From: Deltaproteobacteria bacterium
GTDB lineage: Bacteria > Bacillota > Desulfotomaculia > Desulfotomaculales > JAGUVT01
Length of the DNA: 64,000 bases
NCBI GenBank assembly: GCA_020062745.1
Contig: JAGUVT010000051.1
Span: 21,901-85,900, forward strand
Reading direction: 5' to 3'
How positions within the stretch are numbered: the stretch's first letter is position 1; every line of letters starts with the position of its first letter. Position numbers and translations under genes: made by a program. This document shows, piece after piece, positions 18,890 to 28,313 of this stretch. Below the pieces are notes generated by a model that saw nothing but the letters and a program-made list of their open reading frames with translations, made no database searches and was not told the origin of the DNA.

Positions 18890-20227
18890 ATGAAGTTGAG
18901 CGGTACCATGACCGTCAATGAAAAGGGTCATCTGAGCATTGGAGGCTGCGATACGGTTGATCTGGCCCGGCAGTTCGGCACGCCGCTTTATGTCCTGGAC
19001 GAGGAATGTTTCAGAAATAACTGCCGTTTTTATTATCAATCTTTTGTCCAGAAATACGGGGCCGCGGTGACCTACGCCGGGAAGGCTTTGTTGAACCTGG
19101 CCGTATGCCGCCTGGTTTATGAGGAAGGTCTGGGTCTGGACGTCGCTTCCGGGGGAGAGCTTTATACCGCTTTGCAGGCTGGCTTTCCAATGGAAAAGAT
19201 TTATTTTCACGGCAACAACAAGTCGATTGCCGAATTAACCATGGCCCTGGAAGCCGGCATCGGCCGTTTTATGGTTGACAACTTTCATGAACTGGAACTG
19301 CTCAACGACCTGGCCGGGCAGGCGGGTGTGCAGGCCGGGGTGATTTTGCGGGTGGCACCCGGGGTTGAAGCGCATACTCACGAGTATATTAAAACCGGCC
19401 AGATCGATTCCAAGTTCGGTCTGGCCATTGAAACCGGCCAGGCTATAGACGGCGTAAAGCGCATTCTGAAGTTATCCAGCCTTTCTTTTAAGGGTGTGCA
19501 TTGTCATATCGGTTCCCAGATTTTTGAGCTCGATTCTTACGCTCACGCGGCCTCGGTAATGATGGATTTCACCCGTCAGGTATATGAGCAAACCGGCGTT
19601 GCTATAAGTGAGTTGGACCTGGGCGGCGGGCTGGGCATTTATTATGCCGAAGGGGATCAGCCCAAGCCGGTGCAGGAGTATGCTGATGTGATTATGGACG
19701 TAGTGCGGAAACGGGCAAATGAGTATGACTTGCCGCTGCCGCAGGTGATCGTGGAGCCGGGGCGTTCCATCTGCGGCCCGGCTGGAACCACCCTATATAC
19801 CGTGGGAGCGGTTAAAGATATTCCCGGTATCCGTAAGTATGTTACAGTAGACGGCGGCATGAGCGATAATCCCCGTCCCGCCCTCTACCGCTCGCGTTAT
19901 GAGGCTTGCCTGGCCAACAAGCCGGGGCGACCGGCGGATGATCTGGTTTCGGTAGCAGGTAAGTGCTGCGAGTCGGATATCCTGATCTGGGATATCGCCC
20001 TGCCGGAGGCTGAGCCGGGCGACATTCTGGCGGTGTCCTGTACCGGCGCCTATAATTATTCTATGGCGATGAACTACAACCGCCTGCCCAAGCCGGCCAT
20101 GGCGCTGGTAAACGATGGCCGGGCGGATTTGATTGTCCGGCGGGAGAATTATGTTGATTTGCTTAGAAATGACTTGGTTCCCGAACGGCTTGAGAGAAGT
20201 AAGCCAGTTGGATTGGTTTCCGGGTAG
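18890..20227 (+). CDS. lysA: Diaminopimelate decarboxylase
   Basis: Contains HCHIGSQ, EPGRSI and GAYNYSMA. ATG with GGAG 7 nt upstream. lysA follows the spoVA region as in B. subtilis. Confidence 0.9.
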   Translation: MKLSGTMTVNEKGHLSIGGCDTVDLARQFGTPLYVLDEECFRNNCRFYYQSFVQKYGAAVTYAGKALLNLAVCRLVYEEGLGLDVASGGELYTALQAGFPMEKIYFHGNNKSIAELTMALEAGIGRFMVDNFHELELLNDLAGQAGVQAGVILRVAPGVEAHTHEYIKTGQIDSKFGLAIETGQAIDGVKRILKLSSLSFKGVHCHIGSQIFELDSYAHAASVMMDFTRQVYEQTGVAISELDLGGGLGIYYAEGDQPKPVQEYADVIMDVVRKRANEYDLPLPQVIVEPGRSICGPAGTTLYTVGAVKDIPGIRKYVTVDGGMSDNPRPALYRSRYEACLANKPGRPADDLVSVAGKCCESDILIWDIALPEAEPGDILAVSCTGAYNYSMAMNYNRLPKPAMALVNDGRADLIVRRENYVDLLRNDLVPERLERSKPVGLVSG

Positions 20228-20237
20228 ATATAAGGTT

Positions 20238-20262
20238 AAAGCGTCCGCGCGGGCGCTTTTTT
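20238..20262 (+). terminator. Rho-independent terminator after lysA
   Basis: AAAGCGTCC-GCGC-GGGCGCTTT hairpin plus a T-run. Confidence 0.65.
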
Positions 20263-20263
20263 C

Positions 20264-20294
20264 TTGATTGGTGAGTATGATAGTGTGGTATAAT
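20264..20294 (+). promoter_or_regulatory. Sigma-A promoter candidate with extended -10
   Basis: TTGATT (20264-20269) and TGgTATAAT (20286-20294). The 19-nt spacer is long. Confidence 0.4.
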
Positions 20295-20326
20295 GTAGGT
20301 GCATTTTGGGTTATGAGGAACAGACT

Positions 20327-22960
20327 ATGAATGTTATTACCACCCATACCAATACCGATCTGGATGCGCTGGCCTCAATGGTAGCCGCCCAGAAGCTCTA
20401 TCCCGGTGCGGTAATGGTTTTTCCGGGAAAAATGTCACGCAGCGTGGAAGAGTTCATGGCCCTGCACAAGGATACTCTTAGTGTCAGGGCAGTGCGGGAA
20501 ATAAACCCCGAACTGGTGGAACTGCTAGTCCTGGTAGATACCAAATCGCCGGGACGGCTGGCCGGGCTGGCCGACTTGCTGACCAGGTCCACGGTAGAAG
20601 TGCATATTTACGACCACCATCCGCGGGCCGAAGGAGATGCTGTCGGCAGGGTGGAAATTATCGAAGTGGTGGGGGCAACTACTACTTTGCTGGTGGAGAA
20701 GATTCAGGCCAGAGGTCTGGCCTTGACCCCTATGGAGGCCACCATTCTCACGCTGGGTATTTATGAAGATACCGGCTCCCTTATTTTTACCAGTACCACT
20801 GCCAGGGACGTGCAGGCAGTGGCCTATTTATTGGAGCAGGGAGCGAACCTGGCGGTGGTTGCCGATTTCTTGGGGCGGCCTCTTACTGCAGAGCAGCGCT
20901 CTCTGTTGAAGACATTGCTTACTGCGGCTGAGCATCACCAGATTAACGGGATTAAGTTTCTGATTGCTAAAGGGACGGTAGATGAGTTTATCGGTGGTCT
21001 GGCCCTTTTAACCCATAAGTTGGCTGATTTTGCTCTTGTAGATGCAGTTTTCACGGTAGTGGAGATGGATGACCGGGTACACGTGGTGGCTCGCAGCAGT
21101 ATCCCGGAGGTTAATGTTAAAGATATCTTGTCTTTTTTTGGCGGTGGGGGCCATCCGTCGGCGGCCTCGGCTACCGTTAAAAAGGCTGGGGTTAATGAAG
21201 TAACTGAAAGGTTGCTGGAGACAATCAGGGCTAAAGTGAAGCCTCCTTTGACGGCGGCGGATATTATGTCCAGTCCGGTGAAAACAGTAACGCCGGGTAC
21301 CAGGATCGAAGAAGCCGGCCAGGTGATGCTGCGTTATGGCCATACCGGCTTGCCGGTAGTGGAAGGAGCGCAGTTGGTAGGAGTGATTTCCCGCCGTGAT
21401 GTGGAAAAAGCGGCGTGCCACGGCCTGGGGCATGCTCCGGTAAAAGGGTTCATGACCAGTAAGGTACTCACTGTGACACCTGAAGTATCGGCTGCTGTGG
21501 TACGGGAACTGATGGTGGAGCACGATATCGGACGGTTGCCGGTGGTTGAGAATGGCCACCTGGTGGGGATAGTTTCCCGTACCGACGTGTTGAAAACCCT
21601 TCATGGTAATGTTGATTCGAAGCACCGTCTGGTTTATACCGGCCGGTCCGACGTCCATGCTTTAAATATACGGGATTTAATGGAGATGGGACTCCCCCCG
21701 GATGTTCTGTCTGTTTTGGAACGGGCGGGTAAAATAGCAGCGGCCATGGGGTATAAGGTGTATGCCGCCGGCGGCGTGGTGCGGGACTTGCTTTTGGGGA
21801 TGGAGTGTCTGGATGTGGACCTGGTAGTGGAAGGGGATGGGATTGCCCTAGCCCGAGCATTGGCCGATGAATATGGGATACGGGTACGGGTGCACGAGAA
21901 GTTTCGTACGGCTACGGTTTTATTTCCGGCCGGCCGGCAGGTGGATGTGGTTACGGCAAGGGTGGAATATTATGAATACCCGGCAGCCATGCCGCAGGTG
22001 GAGATATCCTCCTTAAAGCAGGACCTTTACCGCCGTGATTTTACTATTAACGCCATGGCCCTGTCTTTAAACGAGAATTGTTTTGGCGAGTTGATAGATT
22101 ATTTTGGCGGCTGCTCGGACCTGGAACAGGATCTGGTACGGGTTATGCACAATCTCAGTTTTGTCGAGGACCCGACCAGAATTTTACGGGCGGTTCGTTT
22201 TGAGAAACGCTACCAGATGACCCTGGAGCCACAAACCCTGAAACTTTTAAAAGAGGCCGTACGCAGTAAAATGCTGGCCAGGGTTTCGTCGGAACGGGTG
22301 TGGGAAGAATTAAGATCTATTTTGCTGGAGCCCCGCCCGGATTTGGCCCTGGCCCGGTTGATGGAATTGCAGATGTGGGAGTTTTTGTTCCCGGGCGTAG
22401 ATTATTTTCCGGCAACCCATGCGCTGGCCGATATCCCGCGTTCTTTAAAAGTGTTGCGTTCCTGGGACCTGGCCGAGCCGGTCGAGCCGTGGATGGTTTA
22501 TTTCCTGGCTATATTGCACCGGGCTGACTGGGATACCGGGAGACAGATATGCGAAAGATATCATTTAAACAAACGGCAAATTGATAAAGTGAAAAATTCC
22601 TTAGGCGGGTGGCGCGTCGTTGTGGAGCAATTAAAGAGTCATAAAGAAATCAGGTTGAGCGAACTGGCCCGCCGGGTAATGGCTGTATCTCCCGAAGCTT
22701 ACCCGTTGATCTTGACTTACTTGAATAACGCTGTTTCCCGTCACCGGTTCCGGCAGGTATTGACGGCTATCTGTTATGATAAGCCTTCTATCGATGGTAA
22801 AGATATTAGGGAACTGGGCTACCGGCCCGGCCCGGTTTTCAGGAAGGCACTGGAAGCGGTATGGCAGGCCCGGCTGGATGGACAGGTACGAACCAGGCAG
22901 GAAGAACTGGCTTTTGTTAAAAAATACCTTGATATGCGTTTGGAGGAAGATTTGGTGTAA
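20327..22960 (+). CDS. DHH/DHHA1 phosphoesterase - CBS pair - poly(A) polymerase/CCA-adding nucleotidyltransferase fusion protein
   Basis: N-terminus has DLDALAS and IYDHHP (DHH). The middle has two CBS repeats (IMSSPVKTV...; FMTSKVLTV...). The C-terminus has GGVVRDLLLG...DVDLVVEG, YRRDFTINA and VEDPTRILRAVRFE (class II nucleotidyltransferase). I placed the start at the ATG with a GAGGA RBS. Confidence 0.8.
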   Translation: MNVITTHTNTDLDALASMVAAQKLYPGAVMVFPGKMSRSVEEFMALHKDTLSVRAVREINPELVELLVLVDTKSPGRLAGLADLLTRSTVEVHIYDHHPRAEGDAVGRVEIIEVVGATTTLLVEKIQARGLALTPMEATILTLGIYEDTGSLIFTSTTARDVQAVAYLLEQGANLAVVADFLGRPLTAEQRSLLKTLLTAAEHHQINGIKFLIAKGTVDEFIGGLALLTHKLADFALVDAVFTVVEMDDRVHVVARSSIPEVNVKDILSFFGGGGHPSAASATVKKAGVNEVTERLLETIRAKVKPPLTAADIMSSPVKTVTPGTRIEEAGQVMLRYGHTGLPVVEGAQLVGVISRRDVEKAACHGLGHAPVKGFMTSKVLTVTPEVSAAVVRELMVEHDIGRLPVVENGHLVGIVSRTDVLKTLHGNVDSKHRLVYTGRSDVHALNIRDLMEMGLPPDVLSVLERAGKIAAAMGYKVYAAGGVVRDLLLGMECLDVDLVVEGDGIALARALADEYGIRVRVHEKFRTATVLFPAGRQVDVVTARVEYYEYPAAMPQVEISSLKQDLYRRDFTINAMALSLNENCFGELIDYFGGCSDLEQDLVRVMHNLSFVEDPTRILRAVRFEKRYQMTLEPQTLKLLKEAVRSKMLARVSSERVWEELRSILLEPRPDLALARLMELQMWEFLFPGVDYFPATHALADIPRSLKVLRSWDLAEPVEPWMVYFLAILHRADWDTGRQICERYHLNKRQIDKVKNSLGGWRVVVEQLKSHKEIRLSELARRVMAVSPEAYPLILTYLNNAVSRHRFRQVLTAICYDKPSIDGKDIRELGYRPGPVFRKALEAVWQARLDGQVRTRQEELAFVKKYLDMRLEEDLV

Positions 22961-23034
22961 GGATGATTATTATCCGATAACGTTTAGTTGAGAAATTTCT
23001 CTAAAACCAGGAGTCCAGTAAAGGAGCGAATTAT

Positions 23035-23664
23035 TTGTTTAATTTACCGGACCTGCATCAGATAGCTTTAATGCTCCCGGCTATCATCATCGGGCTTACT
23101 TTTCATGAGTATGCTCATGGAATGGTTGCCGACCGGCTGGGAGACCATACTGCCCGGCATATGGGCCGGTTAACCTTTAATCCAATGGCTCACATTGACC
23201 CGATCGGGTTTCTGCTTTTGTTTATAGCGGGTTTTGGCTGGGCCAAGCCGGTACCGGTAAACCCAAACAACTTGACTGGTGATGCCAGGCAGGGGATGTT
23301 GCTGGTTTCCCTGGCCGGGCCGGCTACCAATATGCTGCTGGCTGTAGCCTCGGCTATGGCCCTGGGTCTTTTTGGTATGCAGATCCCGTATGGGCGGGAG
23401 ATCTTGGGCTGGATGATTTCCATTAACGTGATTCTGGCGGTATTCAACCTGATTCCCATTCCGCCCCTGGATGGCTCCAAGATTCTGGCCGGCATCCTGC
23501 CGGGGCGGCAGGAGTGGTTTTACCAGATGGAAGCTTATGGTACCATCATTTTATTATTGCTTTTATTCAGTGGTGTGCTGGGCAGCGTATTAAGGCTGGT
23601 TATACGGCCGATTGTACAGTTGTTACTTGCTTTTGCTTATAACTTAAACGGACCATTTATTTGA
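23035..23664 (+). CDS. Site-2 protease family (M50) membrane metalloprotease
   Basis: 209 aa. HEYAHG zinc motif, multiple transmembrane segments and LIPIPPLDGSK. Confidence 0.75.
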   Translation: MFNLPDLHQIALMLPAIIIGLTFHEYAHGMVADRLGDHTARHMGRLTFNPMAHIDPIGFLLLFIAGFGWAKPVPVNPNNLTGDARQGMLLVSLAGPATNMLLAVASAMALGLFGMQIPYGREILGWMISINVILAVFNLIPIPPLDGSKILAGILPGRQEWFYQMEAYGTIILLLLLFSGVLGSVLRLVIRPIVQLLLAFAYNLNGPFI

Positions 23665-23685
23665 CAAACGAAAGGAGTATGGGAA

Positions 23686-24669
23686 TTGGCCAAAGACAGG
23701 ATTGTAAGTGGTATGCGGCCCACCGGGCGGCTGCATTTAGGGCACCTGCATGTACTGGAGAACTGGGCCGGCCTGCAGGAAGAGTATGATTGTTACTTTT
23801 TTGTTGCTGACTGGCATGGCCTAAGTACCACTTTTGAGGATAATTCAGGTATGAGAGAGAATATCAGGCAGATGGTGGCGGACTGGCTGGCGGCCGGCCT
23901 TGACCCGGAAAGAAGCGTACTTTTTGTCCAGTCGCACGTGCCTCAGCATGCCGAACTGCATCTTCTTTTTTCAATGATTACTCCTTTGTCCTGGCTGGAA
24001 AGGGTGCCTACTTTTAAGGATCAGGTGCAGCAACTGGGCATGCAGGGGAAAGACATCAATACTTATGGTTTTTTGGGCTACCCCTTGTTACAGGCTGCTG
24101 ACATCTTGATGTATAAAGCTGATGCGGTACCTGTAGGGGAGGATCAATTGCCTCATCTGGAACTGTGCCGGGAGACGGCCCGCCGGTTTAATTTTCTGTA
24201 CCGGCCGGTTTTTCCGGAGCCGCAGTCTCTGCTATCCAGGGTGCCGCTGCTGCCCGGCGTTGACGGGCGGAAAATGAGCAAGAGCTACAGCAATGACATT
24301 ATGCTGGGAAGCGAAGAGGCCGAGCTAAGATCCAGGGTTAATGATATGATTACCGATCCGGCGCGCATTCGTAAAACCGACCCGGGGCACCCGGAGGTAT
24401 GCGTGGTGCACAAGTACCAGGGCATTTATAATGAAAGCCGGCTGGCCGGTATTGTGGAGGAATGCCGGGCCGGCCGGGTGGGCTGCGTGTCCTGTAAAAA
24501 GGAGCTTGCCGGCATTTTGGAAGCTATAATGTTACCGTTGCGCGAGCGGCGCAGGGAGTTTTTAGCAAGGCCGGGTTGTATAGAAGAAGTTCTCCGGCAC
24601 GGAGCGGAACGGGCTAGGCTGGAAGCGGCTAAAACCGTGGAGCAGGTGCGTGAAGTGGTCGGTATGTAG
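23686..24669 (+). CDS. trpS: Tryptophan--tRNA ligase
   Basis: GRLHLGHL (HIGH-type) and KMSKS motifs. 327 aa. Confidence 0.9.
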   Translation: MAKDRIVSGMRPTGRLHLGHLHVLENWAGLQEEYDCYFFVADWHGLSTTFEDNSGMRENIRQMVADWLAAGLDPERSVLFVQSHVPQHAELHLLFSMITPLSWLERVPTFKDQVQQLGMQGKDINTYGFLGYPLLQAADILMYKADAVPVGEDQLPHLELCRETARRFNFLYRPVFPEPQSLLSRVPLLPGVDGRKMSKSYSNDIMLGSEEAELRSRVNDMITDPARIRKTDPGHPEVCVVHKYQGIYNESRLAGIVEECRAGRVGCVSCKKELAGILEAIMLPLRERRREFLARPGCIEEVLRHGAERARLEAAKTVEQVREVVGM

Positions 24670-24752
24670 CCTTGCCATGACCTTGCGGGTAAATGTCACG
24701 GCGAGGGCAAAGCCTTAAAGCAATCTCTCATGTGCTGATAGCTTGTATTCAT

Positions 24753-25178
24753 TTACTGCACCGGAACGGAAGCTGCCGGCGGTGTTGTTTTCTCCCGGTC
24801 ACGGCCGAACATGGACTGAATCTGTGACAGCACCTGCGGCGCCACGTCGATGAGGCGATCTACCACCATGTTGCCGTCCACCGGCAGCATTCGCACCTGA
24901 CCGTTGCCTACCACCAGGAACCCCACCGGCTTCACTGATACGCCGGCCCCGCTGCCGCCGCCGAAGGCGGGGATTCCTTCTTCCTTGCCGTCATTTTCGC
25001 CGGTCAGGTCGAATTCTCCGCCGCCGGCTGCAAAACCGCAGGCTACCCGCGAAACGGGGATAATCACGGTGCCGTCCGGGGTTTCTACCGGGTCGCCAAT
25101 CACCGTGTTCACGTCCACCATTTCCTTGATGCTTTCCATGGCTGTTTTCATCAACACTTCTATCGGATGTTCAGGCAT
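24753..25178 (-). CDS. ytfJ: Sporulation protein YtfJ (GerW family)
   Basis: 141 aa with VIGDPVETPDGTVIIPVSRV...GGGSGAG...PVGFLVV, the hallmark of YtfJ. Confidence 0.85.
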   Translation of the reverse strand: MPEHPIEVLMKTAMESIKEMVDVNTVIGDPVETPDGTVIIPVSRVACGFAAGGGEFDLTGENDGKEEGIPAFGGGSGAGVSVKPVGFLVVGNGQVRMLPVDGNMVVDRLIDVAPQVLSQIQSMFGRDREKTTPPAASVPVQ

Positions 25179-25240
25179 ATTTTAGTTCACTCCCAAGAGC
25201 AGCATTCGTTTAAACATAATATGACCTGGCATCAGGGTTT

Positions 25241-25936
25241 TTATTCTTGTGGAGAAGGTGAACCGCGGGATTTCTTGAGCCTGAGCCGGAAGATAAAAAA
25301 CCCTGTGACTAAAATATGGCTGGCCCTTACCTCGAAAATGCAATCGAGGGTGGTGTTGATTACCGGCTTTTGAAAAGAAGGGATAATGATAATTTCTGGT
25401 TTGGGACGGCCGGGTGCGAAATGAGGGTAGGCGGCAGAGAGGAAGAAACCCTTCAGACCCCACAATAATCCGAAAGCAACGGCTGTTTGAGCCGGGTTGA
25501 CCAGACCGATGACACTGCGCCAGTAAAACCGGCGGATTAATACCCGGCTGAACAGGTAAATAGCGGCCGGGCGGTACCAGCGGACTTCCCTGAACAGAAG
25601 TAGAAGTTGGCGTAAAGGGGGCAGCGGCATCACCTCTTTTTTTTCAGCCAATAGTCGGTCTTTTCCCCCTGTTAGTTCGGCCTTGATTTTTACTGCCGGC
25701 CGGAGGAATCTTCCTGCCAGGAATTTAATAACCGGCAGTTCCAGACGAAACCGTATTAGACCCCGCAAGATGGAAAAATGCAGCGCCAGTTCATCATCTT
25801 TCCCCTCCCGGAGGTAATGGACCTGCACCCTGATTCTGGTTAGCAAGAGCAGTATGAGCAGGAAAATTAAGCTAAGTATGGCAATTAGCAGCTTCATGCT
25901 TTTATTGTTCGCATGGAAATGACAGGCTATTCTCAA
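25241..25936 (-). CDS. DUF2953-like membrane protein (YtfI-like)
   Basis: N-terminal transmembrane segment (MKLLIAILSLIFLLILLLL). Its position upstream of ytfJ is as in Bacillus. The start is uncertain (25936 TTG or 25897 ATG). Confidence 0.6.
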   Translation of the reverse strand: MRIACHFHANNKSMKLLIAILSLIFLLILLLLTRIRVQVHYLREGKDDELALHFSILRGLIRFRLELPVIKFLAGRFLRPAVKIKAELTGGKDRLLAEKKEVMPLPPLRQLLLLFREVRWYRPAAIYLFSRVLIRRFYWRSVIGLVNPAQTAVAFGLLWGLKGFFLSAAYPHFAPGRPKPEIIIIPSFQKPVINTTLDCIFEVRASHILVTGFFIFRLRLKKSRGSPSPQE

Positions 25937-25967
25937 ACCGGAAACGGACCCTTTCGATACCCCCGTT

Positions 25968-26885
25968 TCAGCATGGTAATGTGCCGGCCCGGTATAGTTC
26001 GGCCAGACCCTGTTTCAGGGAGCGCGGGGTGAAGCCGAAAAATCTTTCCACTGCTTTAACGTCGGTTATGTTATCCAGCGCCAGTTGTTTTAGTTCCACG
26101 GAAGTGACCGGCGGGTCGGCCAGCAGCCGTTCCATCAGGGGCGCCGCCAGGCGCATAAGGGGGATGGGAGCCGGCATTTTAATGCGGCGCAGGCCTTTGC
26201 TTTCCAGCCAGATGTCTACCATCTGGGCGTAAGTAAGGTGCTCCGGCCCGCCGGTTTCGTAAATTTGTCCTGCTGCGTCCGGGTTGCCGAGGGCGATTGT
26301 CACGCAGCGGGCCAGGTCGGCGGCCGCCAGCGGCTGGAAGCGGGAGCGGGCTGCCGGCACAGGGATCAGAAAGGGTGGGCTGAAACGCAGGGACTGGGCC
26401 ATCCGGTTGAAGAAACCGAAACCGCGGCCGTAAAGAACGGACGGCCGGAAAATGGTCCACTCCAGGGCGCTCTGCCGCACCGCTTGTTCCCCCAGCCATT
26501 TGGAGTAGATGTAGCGGTAGGCCGGATCTTCCCGTACTCCCAGGGCGCTCATGTGGATAAAGCGGCGGCAGCCGGCTGCGCCGGCGGCGGCTACGATATG
26601 GCGGGTGCCCTGGACGTTGATCCGCTCGAAGGTGACCGCACTGCCCCGCTCCCGGATTACCGCCACCAGGTGGATTACCGTTTCCACTCCCCGGCAGGCT
26701 GCTTCCAGGGAATTGGGAGATGTGATGTCCCCGGCGCAAAGTTCCGGTTCAGACCCCAGCAGGCGCCGGGCTTTATCCGGGTCGCGTACCAGGCAGCGCA
26801 CCTTGTGGCCGGCTTCCAGCAGGACCGGCAGCAGGTGGCGGCCCGCCAGGCCGGTGGCTCCGGTAACCAGGATCATATCGACCAC
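25968..26885 (-). CDS. NAD(P)-binding SDR-a / NmrA-like (NDUFA9-like) protein
   Basis: The N-terminal Rossmann motif is ILVTGATGLAGRHL. 305 aa. Confidence 0.75.
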   Translation of the reverse strand: MVDMILVTGATGLAGRHLLPVLLEAGHKVRCLVRDPDKARRLLGSEPELCAGDITSPNSLEAACRGVETVIHLVAVIRERGSAVTFERINVQGTRHIVAAAGAAGCRRFIHMSALGVREDPAYRYIYSKWLGEQAVRQSALEWTIFRPSVLYGRGFGFFNRMAQSLRFSPPFLIPVPAARSRFQPLAAADLARCVTIALGNPDAAGQIYETGGPEHLTYAQMVDIWLESKGLRRIKMPAPIPLMRLAAPLMERLLADPPVTSVELKQLALDNITDVKAVERFFGFTPRSLKQGLAELYRAGTLPC

Positions 26886-26930
26886 CTCTCTTAAAGATTT
26901 AGAAAACCCATCTTATTATTGTGTATCAGC

Positions 26931-27131
26931 TTACTTCGGCATGTGTTAAAAATATCCTTTGAAAGAACTTTCCATCCTCAAAAATACTCAAAAGTGTTTT
27001 ATAGACGTACCTGACTACTTTTTGGTTCCTGCCGTCGGCGAAAAAACTTTTTCTATAATAATTTTTTTCTATAAAATAATAAAGAAACAGGTAACTGCAA
27101 AAAGTTATAGAATCCTATTGCTGATGGCTGG
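26931..27131. repeat. Copy 1 of a duplicated divergent intergenic region (~200 bp)
   Basis: Three blocks are shared with 31352-31540. These are TTACTTCGGCAnnTGTTAAAAATATCCTTT (28/30 identical), TATAGACGTA...GTTCC...CGGC.AAAAA and AAACAGGTAACT...GTTRTAGAAT..TATTGC.TGA. Confidence 0.8.
27003..27029 (-). promoter_or_regulatory. ECF-sigma-type promoter (GGAAC-N17-CGTCT), copy 1
   Basis: The minus strand reads GGAAC caaaaagtagtcaggta CGTCTATA and points at the NmrA-like/ytfI/ytfJ genes. The same architecture occurs at 31433-31459. Confidence 0.6.
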
Positions 27132-27149
27132 AAAAGGTGGTGTTTTGCT

Positions 27150-28313
27150 ATGCGGAGGATGGCTGCCATAATCGGTTGCGGCGCCGTGCAGGTGGGAAAG
27201 TATCCGGACCGCCTGGAGAGCGAACTGGCGTTGGATGCTGTAAGAATGGCCCTGCTGGATGCCGGTATTGAAAAAGGACAGGCGGAAGGGATATTTACCA
27301 CACCTGATTTACGGGGCGGCATCGGCCTCCAGGCGAACTTGCTCTGTGAATATTTAAGGATTACGCCTAAATCCATGGCCGAGATGACCTGTGGAGCGGT
27401 AGCTGCGGGTTTGACTGTAAAAACAGCGGTCAATGAAATCATGCTTGGTCAAATTGATGTTGCCGTTTGTTATGGAGCGGAAAGAGAGTGCTCAATTGAA
27501 TGGTTTAAGCATTTCGGCTCCGCCCTGTTTGAACCGGTTGCCCTTCAGCCTTACGCCAGTTACGGCATTATCTGGGCCTACGCCATGTCGGCGCGCCGTT
27601 ATATGCATGAAACGGGAGCGAAAGAAGAACATTTTGCCATGGCTGCAGTCAGGAACAGGAGGAATGCCCGGCATAGTCCTGTTGCCGCTTTTAAAGCTCC
27701 CATTGCTATTGAGGATGTTCTTGAATCGCGAAATCTTTGTTCTCCCATCAAATTGCTGGATTCTTCGGCGTCTCTGGACGGCGCGGCAGCAGTGGTGGTG
27801 GCTTCAGCGGAGTTTGCCCGGCGCGTTTGCCCAAAACCGGTATATATTATGGGATGGGGTCAGTATCATGATAATTCCTGTATTATACCTACCGACCGGT
27901 GTGACAAGTCGATAAGCAGCTTTGTGGCCACCCGGGAAGCGGCTGCAGCAGCTTTCCGGGTAGCCGGTATCAATCCGGAGGATGTTGACGTAGCAGAGGT
28001 TTATGCGCCTTTTAGCCCCCATGAATTGATTATTCCCGAGGATATCGGCTGGTTTGAAAAAGGGGAAATGGTTAAGGCAATAGAGACCGGGGAAACTGAA
28101 ATAGGTGGAAAGATACCGGTGAATACCGATGGCGGTCTCTTATCGAGGGGGCATCCCTGGGCGGTTACCCCCTTTTACCAGACTATTAACGTTGTCAGGC
28201 AGCTCAGAGGGGAAGCCGGAGAAAACCAGGTGCCTGATGCCCGGATCGGCCTGGTGCACTGCGAAGGCGGCATGATGAATAATGTCTTTGTTTTGATCTT
28301 GGGGAGTGAGTGA
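27150..28313 (+). CDS. Thiolase-like protein (SCP-x / DUF35-associated type)
   Basis: 387 aa. The thiolase-fold C-terminus is NTDGGLLSRGHPWAVT...HCEGGMM. It is paired with a DUF35 gene. Confidence 0.8.
   Translation: MRRMAAIIGCGAVQVGKYPDRLESELALDAVRMALLDAGIEKGQAEGIFTTPDLRGGIGLQANLLCEYLRITPKSMAEMTCGAVAAGLTVKTAVNEIMLGQIDVAVCYGAERECSIEWFKHFGSALFEPVALQPYASYGIIWAYAMSARRYMHETGAKEEHFAMAAVRNRRNARHSPVAAFKAPIAIEDVLESRNLCSPIKLLDSSASLDGAAAVVVASAEFARRVCPKPVYIMGWGQYHDNSCIIPTDRCDKSISSFVATREAAAAAFRVAGINPEDVDVAEVYAPFSPHELIIPEDIGWFEKGEMVKAIETGETEIGGKIPVNTDGGLLSRGHPWAVTPFYQTINVVRQLRGEAGENQVPDARIGLVHCEGGMMNNVFVLILGSE

Noticed and set aside
23665-23685. T-box leaders upstream of trpS (and of proS at 51743-51756)
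   Set aside because: The intergenic spacers are only about 20 and 14 nt, far too short for a T-box riboswitch of roughly 200 nt. The genes appear co-transcribed with their upstream neighbours.
26179-26949. Several ORFs of 130 to 220 aa on both strands overlapping the NmrA-like gene
   Set aside because: Only the 305-aa minus-strand frame has a Rossmann motif (VTGATGLAG) and an RBS. The others are Pro/Arg/Gly-rich alternative frames.
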